A stretch of DNA of 46,132 nucleotides from Candidatus Aenigmatarchaeota archaeon (GCA_039000165.1 JAWBTW010000006.1:1-46132); one strand, 5' to 3'; counted from the first letter of the stretch, positions 1 through 8,469 are shown. Numbers and translations: made by a program. Notes: generated from the letters alone by a model not told the origin.

Positions 1-274
1 AAGATTCGCAGATGCTTGTTTTTTATTTGGAAGCCTAGTAACTGGTAGCTTCACAACAAGAAGTGATGTTGATTTACTATTTGTTTCGTCAAAAGAAGAA
101 AAGATAAGAAATGTTTGTATAAAATTGGAAGAAAGGTATGGAATTAAAGTTCAGACAATAGTAATAGATAAAAAAGAAATTAAAAAATTTAAAAAAAGTT
201 CTCTTTTTAAAACGATAAAAAAAGAATCATTAGTATTGTTTGACAATATAAACATAAAGAGTGAATTTACATGA
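1..274 (+). CDS. Minimal nucleotidyltransferase (MNT) antitoxin, 5'-partial
   Basis: Frame 2 reads ...FLFGSLVTGSFTTRSDVDLLFV... (GS-x10-DxD Pol-beta NTase motif); TGA 272-274 overlaps the next ATG (ATGA). Not in ORF track. Confidence 0.85.
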   Translation, partial: RFADACFLFGSLVTGSFTTRSDVDLLFVSSKEEKIRNVCIKLEERYGIKVQTIVIDKKEIKKFKKSSLFKTIKKESLVLFDNINIKSEFT

Positions 275-705
275 AAAGAATTTTTTCAGAAATAGAAAAA
301 GAAAGAATTTTTAACTCACAAGTAAGCTTGCTTAAGCAAGACCTTAAAGATTGTTGTCTTCTCATCAAAAACAAAAGTTATAGAAGTGCTTACATTTTTT
401 TATTTGACTCCTTAGAAAGAGTTTTCGACTTGTTCTTTATAACAAAAGGAGAAAAACCTGTCAATAGAAAAGAAAGAGAAGAATTTGTTTTCAGGTTTTT
501 CTCCCCAGAAACTTACCGAAAGTATAGGAGCTTTTACTACGAAAGAAGAGGTGGAATGTACGAGGATTTCCTTCTCATAACACTAAAAGATTTTAAAGAG
601 CTTTTGAAATTTTTTGAAAAAGTATTTGCAGAAATTCAGAAAAGGATTAAGAAAAAAATAAACAACGAAATTGTTCAACTAATCGACACTCTCAAATCAT
701 GTTAG
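271..705 (+). CDS. HEPN-domain protein (MNT-HEPN pair)
   Basis: 144 aa helical protein coupled to MNT; 'YRSAYIFLF..LE' and R-x4-Y (RRGGMY) patterns typical of archaeal HEPN proteins. Confidence 0.7.
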   Translation: MKRIFSEIEKERIFNSQVSLLKQDLKDCCLLIKNKSYRSAYIFLFDSLERVFDLFFITKGEKPVNRKEREEFVFRFFSPETYRKYRSFYYERRGGMYEDFLLITLKDFKELLKFFEKVFAEIQKRIKKKINNEIVQLIDTLKSC

Positions 706-785
706 CTTTTTAAGGTAATCGATACCTTTTTCAAATTTCTTTACCTAAATAACTTATAAACAAATAAAAATCTGAAGTTGATTTT

Positions 786-2381
786 ATGATTAAAAACATA
801 AGGTTTTTAGTAGTTTTAGCTTTTTTAGCAATTTCTGCTTACTTTTTGCTTGCTCCTTTACTTTTTGCATCAAAAGGGGTTGTTGTAGTTTCCATAGATG
901 AAAATAGTAAGTGTGAAGGAATAAGGGAGGGAAGCATAATAACTGAAATGCGTGGTACAGCAATTTCAAGCGAAGAAGATTTTGAAAATTATTTGAAAAA
1001 TGTTAAGCAAGGGGAATACGTAAGCATGGTAATAAACAACTTGCCAGGAGGTTGCACAGCTTTAAACGATAGCTACTTGGGAATAAAAGTAAGAGATTTA
1101 GAAAAGAAAGTTTTAAAGTTTGGAATTGATTTAGCAGGGGGAAAAGTTTCGATTTTTTCTTCACCACAAAACCTAGAAAAAGTGAAAGAAATTCTGGAGA
1201 AAAGAATAGAAATTTTTAAAGTTCCTGAAGCCAGCGTTTCGATTTCTGACAAAACAATAAAAATAATAAGTTTGAAAGATGAGAAGCTTGAACCTTTACT
1301 TATAAAAGGAAAATTTGAGGCAAAAATCTTTGAGGAAATTAAAATAAAAAACAACACTGGAAAAATTCCTCTTGGACAAGAGGATTACACTATAGTCCTT
1401 GAAGATGGTAAGATAAAAATTGATGGAAATTACTACAAAGAAAACGAAACCTTTACTTTACAATCCATAGAATTTACGTTAAAAAACATAACTAACTCAA
1501 GTGTTTATCTTGAAGCTCTAGTTTTCACAAAAGAAGATGTAAAAGTTCTAGCATATGGGTTTGTAAAGTATAACCCCTCAGCAAAACTTTACGAGTTTAA
1601 TATTCCTGTAGAAATTTCTGAAGAAGCTTCTGAAAGAATTTCAAAGATCATAGACAGGATGCCGACAACAACAGAATTTGGAGCTATAGTTTTAAACGGA
1701 AGGTTAATTTACTATTTAGATGGAAAAGAAGTTAGCAACCTAGCAATTCCCTTTAGCATGGTTGGGAGAAAAATTGAGAGCATTTCTATCCTTGGTTTTA
1801 GAGAAAGTGAAGAGGCAGCAAGCCTAGAGAAAAACAAAATTGAAGCTTCTTTAAAAACAGATGAGCTTGAAAAGATGGAATTAATTAAAACAGTTGAACT
1901 AGAAGCAAAATACCCGATGCTTTTAAATTATTTTTTCCTCGTCTCAATTTTAGAGGCGGCCATTTTTTCTTTAATTTCTTTTACTAGATATAAACAAGGA
2001 AAATTTTTAATTTCACTGTTCCTTCTTTCTTTACTTCAAATCTTCTTGATATTTGGGGTTATAGCAATTTCGCAAAGCTTAGTTCCAAACAGCTGGTTAA
2101 TAAATTCTTCCACTCTTTTTGGAAGCTTAACAGCAGAGACCTTAACTTTAATTCAATTTATGTTTATTCTTGAGAAAAGAGTGAGAAAAAAAATAATAAG
2201 CTTAGAATTCAAGTTAAAAAAGATAATAAGTTTATCCAACCTTCTAAACATTTTAACGATATTTTCTTCTCTCGTTCTTATTTTTGTTTTCAAAAACTTT
2301 GGATTAAGCATGCTAACAGGTTTTTTCTTTAGCTTTCTATTTTTAGTCCCACTTCTTGATGAAATAGTAAAATCTACTTGA
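786..2381 (+). CDS. secD: Divergent SecD-like translocase subunit with N-terminal PDZ-like domain
   Basis: N-terminal TM, PDZ-like segment (GVVVVSIDENS...GIREGSIITEM), SecD signature LKFGIDLAGG, 'ILEKRI', C-terminal TM helices. Confidence 0.7.
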   Translation: MIKNIRFLVVLAFLAISAYFLLAPLLFASKGVVVVSIDENSKCEGIREGSIITEMRGTAISSEEDFENYLKNVKQGEYVSMVINNLPGGCTALNDSYLGIKVRDLEKKVLKFGIDLAGGKVSIFSSPQNLEKVKEILEKRIEIFKVPEASVSISDKTIKIISLKDEKLEPLLIKGKFEAKIFEEIKIKNNTGKIPLGQEDYTIVLEDGKIKIDGNYYKENETFTLQSIEFTLKNITNSSVYLEALVFTKEDVKVLAYGFVKYNPSAKLYEFNIPVEISEEASERISKIIDRMPTTTEFGAIVLNGRLIYYLDGKEVSNLAIPFSMVGRKIESISILGFRESEEAASLEKNKIEASLKTDELEKMELIKTVELEAKYPMLLNYFFLVSILEAAIFSLISFTRYKQGKFLISLFLLSLLQIFLIFGVIAISQSLVPNSWLINSSTLFGSLTAETLTLIQFMFILEKRVRKKIISLEFKLKKIISLSNLLNILTIFSSLVLIFVFKNFGLSMLTGFFFSFLFLVPLLDEIVKST

Positions 2382-2904
2382 AAATTTTTCCTAAAATTTT
2401 TGAAGAAGCTCTTTCTGGTAAAGCTTTAGGAAAAACCAAACCTAAGAGAGCTCCAACGATAACATCCGAAGGATAATGCACACCTGAATAGATTGAAGAA
2501 AGAGGAATCAGGAAAAGCAAGTATATCGATAAAAATTTTTTAAGCCAGCTTGGAGAGTTTTCTGGAATAAAGAAAAAAGAAAGATAGGATATGAAGGCAT
2601 GGGAAGAAGGAAAGGATGGGTCTGCTTTCTTGAAAACAACATTTATCTCCTGGTCTGCATCATAAGGCCTTTCTCTTCCAACTAAATATTTAAGTGAAAC
2701 GACAAAAATATAGCCAATAACGGCAACAACAAAAAGATGGAAAAGTTTCTTATGTTGTCTATTTCTAAATAAATCATAAGCGACATAAATCAAGTAAATA
2801 TAAACAGAATAAATAAGGAAAATTGCGAAATAAGCTAAGTGAACAGAAAAAAAGTTAACGTTGAGAAATTTTACAACTTCCAAATCTACCTCGGCTAAAT
2901 TCAT
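2374..2904 (-). CDS. PAP2-family membrane phosphatase
   Basis: K-x6-RP, SFPSSH, GVHYPSDV motifs; hydrophobic segments. Confidence 0.9.
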   Translation of the reverse strand: MNLAEVDLEVVKFLNVNFFSVHLAYFAIFLIYSVYIYLIYVAYDLFRNRQHKKLFHLFVVAVIGYIFVVSLKYLVGRERPYDADQEINVVFKKADPSFPSSHAFISYLSFFFIPENSPSWLKKFLSIYLLFLIPLSSIYSGVHYPSDVIVGALLGLVFPKALPERASSKILGKIFK

Positions 2905-5588
2905 AGCCTGACATACCTCCCTCTTGTCTCACCAAAGTAAAACAGAAGTTCGCCACCACAAACTAAACATTTTCCGATTAAAGGAACTCTTCTGAAGGTT
3001 TTATTACATTTGTTACAAACAAAACCGTCAAAATCGCTCAAAACTTCTTCTTGTTTCTTGTGATTAAAAGCTTCTGAAATGGAGAGAAGCCTTCCAAAAC
3101 TCATAAGCTCGGACTTTTTAACTCCTAAAGCATCGAAAACCCTTTCCAAAGGTGGAAGGAGCTGGCTTTCTATATAATATTTTGAGTCGATTTTTAGGTT
3201 GTGAGTTTTAACATACTCTGGATCTTCTGCTCTTTCTGAAAGAAGTTGAGTTCCTTGAATTATCACATAACCAATTCTATCCCCAATTCCCGGAGCTCCT
3301 GCAGGTGACCTTTTTCTTAACTTTTTAACTAATTCAATATGAGGTTGAACTCCTTTGTATTCCTTTAAAGATTTTGTTATTCCTCTGGTAATTATCAAAT
3401 CCTCTATAGGAATCTCATTTCTACTGAGTTTTGTTAAAACTTCTCTAACATATCTTAAAGCTTTTTTCGGGTTCTGCTCCTTCAAAATTATATCAAGAAC
3501 TTTATACAAAGTTTTGGAAACCAGATCACACCAGTCTCTCCTAACAGTTTCTATTCCTTTCATCACTATTTTTTCCTTCCATTCTCCGTTAGATTTTTCG
3601 AAGCTCCAACCTGCATATCTTTTCTTTGTCAACACAAGCAAAGTCTTAAAAATACCTTCTATTTTCATTTTAACTATACCTGCATGCTCTTTGTTTATAA
3701 ACTCAGCTAACTCTTCACCTAACTTTAAAGCTTCTTCTAAATCAGTTGTTAAAAGCTTCACCATTATAGAATCTGTATCGCCATAAACAACCTCATAACC
3801 TTTCTTACTTTCAACAATATTCTTTGTTTTTTCTATCAAAAACCTTCCACAGCTTGTTATCGCGTTTGCGATTTCCAAAACATAAAGCCTTGCTCTTACA
3901 TAGCCTGTATATCCATAAAAGGCGTTTGCCATTATTTTCAGGGCATATTGCTTCGCATCTAAAACTTTTTTCTCGTTTTCGTTTTTTGCCTTCTCCATTT
4001 CTTTCTTAACCCTGTCTCTTTCTTCTATCAAAAATTTCAAAATTTTGGGAATAATTCCTTCCCTTACTTCCTTCCTTACAAAAAAAGCACCAGAAGGTGT
4101 TTTTATGAGCTCACCTTCACTTTCCTTGACAACCAAAGTCGTTGGACAAATGTTAAAAGAAATAAATATAGAAGGATACATCGAACGGAAGTCAAGATAA
4201 GCAACACAATTCGTATGCAGACCAACTTTTGGCTCTAGAACCAAAGCTCCCTTCAAACCTTTTACTTCTCTTTCTTCCATTCTTTTGAAAACTTCATCAG
4301 AAGAAGGCTTAACAGGGATAACAAAATCTCTCTTGTTAAATTCACGAAGCAATAAGTTCTCTACTCTTGCACTTTCTTTACTGTCTAAAACATCTTGCAA
4401 AAGTAAACCTGAAACTTTTGAAAGTTCCACAAATTTACTCAACATGTCCTTCTCCACTAAAAGTTTCAAGGTAAGTTCAGCATCCTTTCTTGCATAATTT
4501 ATCAATTCGTGCTTCTGCTCTTCAGAACCGTTCCAGAATTTTGAAATCTCACTATGAGTTATATCGACTTTATCTTCCTTCAGCAATTCTTTCGCAACAT
4601 CTCCTAGGCCGTACCTTTTAAGCCTAAGCAAGCCTTTTTCGACAGCCTCTTTAACAAGCTCATAAACATCAACCACAACCCTCCCAAAAACAGAGTGTCT
4701 ATACCTGATGCCAACTTTCTTTGAACTTGTAGCTTTTTGCTGGCACCTTCCTAAAACTCTTGGTATTTTGTTAACTCTTAACCTTTCAAGAATGTATGGT
4801 AAATCAAAATTGTTTATGTTGTAACCAACTATCACATCCGGATCGAATTTTTTTATCACTTCGACAAACTCCTGGAGCATTTCAGCCTCATTTGAAAAAA
4901 CGACAACATCCTTTTCAAATTTTTTAACAGGTTTTGAAACTAAAACTAATGTATTGTTGTTTTCGTAAGCAGGAAAAAAGGAAAGGCTTATTATTATTAT
5001 CGGGTCTTTTAAAGGGTTGGGTGTACCTTCCTTTCCTGGAACAACTTCTATATCTAAGCTTAAGTATTTTAGGTTAACATTTGATTTTTCATCTATACTT
5101 TCAATTTTTCTTACTTTAATCACTTTATCTGCCTTGACAAGAATAGTGTTCATGTTTTGACCCTCAACTTTAATCCAACCCATTCCCGAAATGTTAAAGT
5201 CTGCCATAAATCTGTATTTGAAAAGGATGTCTGCTTCAAAAATCTTATCGATAAAATCTTTTTTGTTAAGCTCCTCTCTTATTTCTGGAACTTTGGAAGG
5301 ATCAGTAAGAGTTACTCTTAACATTTTTACCTTATTCTTGCTGAATCCTATTGGTAAAAATTTTTCCTCTTCCTTAATTTCAACTAATAAGGAGAAAAAT
5401 TTTTTCTTCATAAAATCCACAAACTCTTGCTCGCAACCTTTTTTAGGTAAAACGTAAAAATAAGGTAAAAAATTCTCGTAAAAGGCACAAACTGTTTTTC
5501 CTTCTTTCGTTTTTCCGAAAATTCTTATTATTGGTTTGCCGTCTAAAGGAATGTAATCGCAGTCAAGAACTTGAAATATCACTTCCAT
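2901..5588 (-). CDS. polB: Family-B DNA polymerase with C-terminal DP2-like zinc finger
   Basis: ExoI DIE, ExoII YNINNFD, ExoIII YARKD; Pol motifs DFRSMYPS, KIMANAFYG, YGDTDS; C-terminal CNKC-x-RRVPLIGKCLVCGG. Confidence 0.97.
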   Translation of the reverse strand: MEVIFQVLDCDYIPLDGKPIIRIFGKTKEGKTVCAFYENFLPYFYVLPKKGCEQEFVDFMKKKFFSLLVEIKEEEKFLPIGFSKNKVKMLRVTLTDPSKVPEIREELNKKDFIDKIFEADILFKYRFMADFNISGMGWIKVEGQNMNTILVKADKVIKVRKIESIDEKSNVNLKYLSLDIEVVPGKEGTPNPLKDPIIIISLSFFPAYENNNTLVLVSKPVKKFEKDVVVFSNEAEMLQEFVEVIKKFDPDVIVGYNINNFDLPYILERLRVNKIPRVLGRCQQKATSSKKVGIRYRHSVFGRVVVDVYELVKEAVEKGLLRLKRYGLGDVAKELLKEDKVDITHSEISKFWNGSEEQKHELINYARKDAELTLKLLVEKDMLSKFVELSKVSGLLLQDVLDSKESARVENLLLREFNKRDFVIPVKPSSDEVFKRMEEREVKGLKGALVLEPKVGLHTNCVAYLDFRSMYPSIFISFNICPTTLVVKESEGELIKTPSGAFFVRKEVREGIIPKILKFLIEERDRVKKEMEKAKNENEKKVLDAKQYALKIMANAFYGYTGYVRARLYVLEIANAITSCGRFLIEKTKNIVESKKGYEVVYGDTDSIMVKLLTTDLEEALKLGEELAEFINKEHAGIVKMKIEGIFKTLLVLTKKRYAGWSFEKSNGEWKEKIVMKGIETVRRDWCDLVSKTLYKVLDIILKEQNPKKALRYVREVLTKLSRNEIPIEDLIITRGITKSLKEYKGVQPHIELVKKLRKRSPAGAPGIGDRIGYVIIQGTQLLSERAEDPEYVKTHNLKIDSKYYIESQLLPPLERVFDALGVKKSELMSFGRLLSISEAFNHKKQEEVLSDFDGFVCNKCNKTFRRVPLIGKCLVCGGELLFYFGETRGRYVRL

Positions 5589-5597
5589 ATTCTTAAA

Positions 5598-6767
5598 TTA
5601 AGTGAAATCTATTTTAATAGTTTCTCTTGTTTTTAAGTTAACTAACCAAAAAACAGGTTTGGTTAAAAAACTTCCTGTGGTTAGGATTGTTGTTCCCTTG
5701 TAATTTAAAACTGAAGGAAAATGAAAATGACCAGAAGCTAAAATATCTGGAACTAAATCTATGATGAATGGGTTTGGGATGTAAATTTGCTTTTGTGTTT
5801 GTGGGATTTGTCTCTTCCTGAGTATGTTTAATAAAATCTTTTCAGGTAGAGCATTGAAAAAAGAAAAATCAAAATTTGGATGAAGAATTAGAAGATTTAA
5901 GGATTTTTCAACTTTAAGAAATGATGGACTTTCTATGAATTCTTCTTTTTCTGGATCTATCTCTCCCTTAAGCCAGGTATAATGGTAGCCTTTTGGTAAG
6001 TTACTAAACATTTCTTCAAAATCCTCAACTCTTGAAGAAATGTCGCCAAGAAAAAAAACATAAAGTTTTTTGTATAAGGAGTTGTTTATCCAATCTAAAA
6101 ATTTCTCATAACTTTTTTTGTTGAAATTCTTGTCATCCATATGAAAATCTGAAACAAAAAGACAAAAAGCCTCTTCAGAAGTTTTACTAATTTCTTTTTT
6201 AAGTGGAATTTCAGGTAAAACAACCTTTTTCACATAAATCCTTTCACCTTCTCTTTCACAAACCAAACCTAAAACTTCATCTTCAAGAATAAAGTTAAAA
6301 TCTTCACTCAAATTCTCAAAGTAAACTGTTTGTTCGCCAGTTAAGTCTTCCACTACCAAATACTTTTCGTTCTCATTTTTTTCTTTCACCATAACTATTA
6401 ATGAAAACTTCCTTGATTTTGGTGAGATTTTATTTATTGATATTAAATTAACTAAGTCCAAATGCTTAACCAAAAATTTTTTTATTTCCTCATATTTTGT
6501 GGAAAGGAAGTTAGTATAATCAGAAACGCTTAGAATCTTATCTTCTTTTTTCGGAGTTTTTAAGATTTCTGAGTAATAGGTTAACTTTTTTTCTATTTCT
6601 TTTAAAACATCTAGAGTCACTATTAAGGGGTAGTTTGATTTTTTTAGTTCTTCCAAGTAGAAATTTATGTTCTTTTTTTCAAGTAAGTAATCTAGTGCTT
6701 GTGGGTTTAGTTGGAAGCCGTTTTTCAAAAATTCCTTAATAATTTGTTGCCTTTCCATACAACTCAT
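5598..6767 (-). CDS. PolD small-subunit (DP1)/B-subunit-like protein, probably nuclease-degenerate
   Basis: N-terminal helical domain (IIKEFLKNGFQLNPQALDYL), OB fold (IVMVKEK...VEDLTG...ILEDEVLG), phosphoesterase motifs SDFH, GD, PDILASGHFH, YKGTTIL. Confidence 0.85.
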   Translation of the reverse strand: MSCMERQQIIKEFLKNGFQLNPQALDYLLEKKNINFYLEELKKSNYPLIVTLDVLKEIEKKLTYYSEILKTPKKEDKILSVSDYTNFLSTKYEEIKKFLVKHLDLVNLISINKISPKSRKFSLIVMVKEKNENEKYLVVEDLTGEQTVYFENLSEDFNFILEDEVLGLVCEREGERIYVKKVVLPEIPLKKEISKTSEEAFCLFVSDFHMDDKNFNKKSYEKFLDWINNSLYKKLYVFFLGDISSRVEDFEEMFSNLPKGYHYTWLKGEIDPEKEEFIESPSFLKVEKSLNLLILHPNFDFSFFNALPEKILLNILRKRQIPQTQKQIYIPNPFIIDLVPDILASGHFHFPSVLNYKGTTILTTGSFLTKPVFWLVNLKTRETIKIDFT

Positions 6768-6775
6768 AGGAATTT

Positions 6776-7033
6776 TTATCTTTTTAATATATAAACTGTA
6801 AGACCTTTCTTACCTTCTTTTTTAGAATGAGGTGTTGGGATTGCTTCTATTTTTCCAATTTCAACAAGTTCGTTTAAATATTTATCTACAGTGTTCCAAC
6901 TAACTTCCTTACCAATTTTTTCACTAATCATACTACGAATTGCGTTTATAGAAATAGGGGTGTTTACATCTTTCAAAACTTCCACTATAAGGTTTTGAAC
7001 TTCAAACCTTTTACTTGGTCTTCCTCTTTTCAT
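6776..7033 (-). CDS. Small winged-helix protein
   Basis: 85 aa; basic N-terminus KRGRP, HTH (SINAIRSMISEK...VSWNTVDKYLNELVEIGKI) and wing; 8 nt upstream of the DP1-like gene. Confidence 0.75.
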   Translation of the reverse strand: MKRGRPSKRFEVQNLIVEVLKDVNTPISINAIRSMISEKIGKEVSWNTVDKYLNELVEIGKIEAIPTPHSKKEGKKGLTVYILKR

Positions 7034-7048
7034 CTTTTCACTATCATT

Positions 7049-7062
7049 TTTTATGAACTTTC
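7049..7062 (-). repeat. Inverted copy of the array core (GAAAGTTCATAAAA on minus strand)
   Basis: TTTTATGAACTTTC is the exact reverse complement of the 14-mer repeated in 7122-7207. Confidence 0.85.
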
Positions 7063-7071
7063 TAAATTAAG

Positions 7072-7080
7072 TATAAATAA
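7072..7080 (-). promoter_or_regulatory. Putative TATA box of the wHTH-DP1-polB operon
   Basis: TTATTTATA on the minus strand about 40 nt upstream of ATG 7033. Confidence 0.5.
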
Positions 7081-7121
7081 ACAATATAAAATTTTCAGGA
7101 AATTTTTTTACCTTATTACTT

Positions 7122-7207
7122 TTCATAAAATTTTTCCGAAAGTTCATAAAAATTGTTTGAAAGTTCATAAAATTTTTCCGAAAGTTCATAAAAATTGTTT
7201 TTGAAAA
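7122..7207 (+). repeat. Four tandem 21-bp direct repeats in ABAB arrangement
   Basis: TTCATAAAATTTTTCCGAAAG (7122, 7164) alternating with TTCATAAAAATTGTTTGAAAG (7143; variant at 7185). Confidence 0.92.
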
Positions 7208-7282
7208 TTATTAGAAGTGAAGAATTTTGAAAAACATTAAATTTCTTATAATATACAGCTATTCAAAAAATTTTCCAAATCT

Positions 7283-7669
7283 TTACAAAAATTTCATCAA
7301 CCCATTTATCATGAAGAATTTTATGATGATAGCTCGAACAAAATTTTCTTTTCCCCTTAGTGGTTCATAGCTGGTTGGGTTGGAATGTTTTACTTTCACT
7401 AACAAATTCATCTTAACCAATTTGTTAAGCCTTTTTCTTAACGCTTCTATCCCTATCTTAAAGTGGTGAGTGTTCTTAAGTTCGCTATAAAGAAGTGGAA
7501 AACAATACGGTTGAGTATCGTTTGGAAACTCTTTACCTGTCATGTAAAATTTTCTTAAAATTTGAATGTCAATAAAATCCAAACGTTCGATTAAAGATAG
7601 AATTTCATCCTTCATTTCTAAATTTTTTTCTATAGAGATATTATCCATAAGTGAATCTGTGCTGTTCAT
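7283..7669 (-). CDS. Winged-helix protein of unknown function
   Basis: LDFIDIQILRKFY, HTH-like LLYSELK...IGIEALRKRLNKLVKMNLLVKV, wing NPTSY; ends LMKFL. Confidence 0.65.
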   Translation of the reverse strand: MNSTDSLMDNISIEKNLEMKDEILSLIERLDFIDIQILRKFYMTGKEFPNDTQPYCFPLLYSELKNTHHFKIGIEALRKRLNKLVKMNLLVKVKHSNPTSYEPLRGKENFVRAIIIKFFMINGLMKFL

Positions 7670-7752
7670 TTTTTATCCCATCATCGAGTAAGTAAAATAA
7701 ATGTGATTATTTTTTCCTCTTCAATAATAAATACATTTCGGTAATTCAGAAT

Positions 7753-8439
7753 TTATATCAGATTGATTATTTTAACGTCAATTTTTTCATCGACAATATC
7801 GATTATTCCACAATACCCTTCGGGAAATCTCCCAGAATTTATTATCTTTGTGTTTTCAATTTCGTCAATTCCTCTTGCTTCATGCACATGTGAGCATATC
7901 GCAACTTTTGGTTTATACTTTTCTATAAAATTTCTTACAGCTTCTGATCCTATATGTGCTCCTGTATAAGCAATATCAACCTTCGTGTTAAACGGAGGAA
8001 CATGGGTAACTTGAATTTTTATCTTACATTCTTTCACTTTTTCATAACCTTTCCTCAAACCTTCTTCAATCTCATTTTCATTGGGTTCTAAAGGTGTGTT
8101 AAAAGGAGTTTTAGCACCACCAAACCCATAAAAACCAACGTTTTCTATTATCTTTCCTTCACCATGCAGGCTTATTCCTTTTTCTTTAAATAATTCTACA
8201 AGTTCCTTATCAAAATTTCCTGGAACTGCAAGTATAGGTTTTTTAAAAGTTTTAAATTCTTCTATTACAAGCTCACCTATATCCCTAGCTTCAAAACCTT
8301 TAGGAAGATTGTAATCAGTGAAGTCTCCAAGCAAAACTATAACATCAAAATTTATGAAAGAAATTTTATCCATGTAAGTAATTATGTTTTCAACATCGTT
8401 ATGGATGTCGCTTGCGATTAAAATCCTCATTAAACTCAA
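7753..8439 (-). CDS. Calcineurin-like metallophosphoesterase (Icc-related)
   Basis: SDIH, GDFTD, PGNFD, THVPP, HVHE motifs. Confidence 0.9.
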   Translation of the reverse strand: MSLMRILIASDIHNDVENIITYMDKISFINFDVIVLLGDFTDYNLPKGFEARDIGELVIEEFKTFKKPILAVPGNFDKELVELFKEKGISLHGEGKIIENVGFYGFGGAKTPFNTPLEPNENEIEEGLRKGYEKVKECKIKIQVTHVPPFNTKVDIAYTGAHIGSEAVRNFIEKYKPKVAICSHVHEARGIDEIENTKIINSGRFPEGYCGIIDIVDEKIDVKIINLI

Positions 8440-8469
8440 TATATTAAATCACTATATAAAAATAAATTG

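Noticed and set aside
2901-5588. Intein or inactivated PolB2
   Set aside because: Motifs are contiguous and all catalytic residues are intact.
6995-7204. 69-aa plus-strand ORF with repeated peptide
   Set aside because: Translation of the DNA repeat; antisense overlap with the wHTH gene.
7122-7207. CRISPR array
   Set aside because: Repeats are contiguous 21-mers with no unique spacers.
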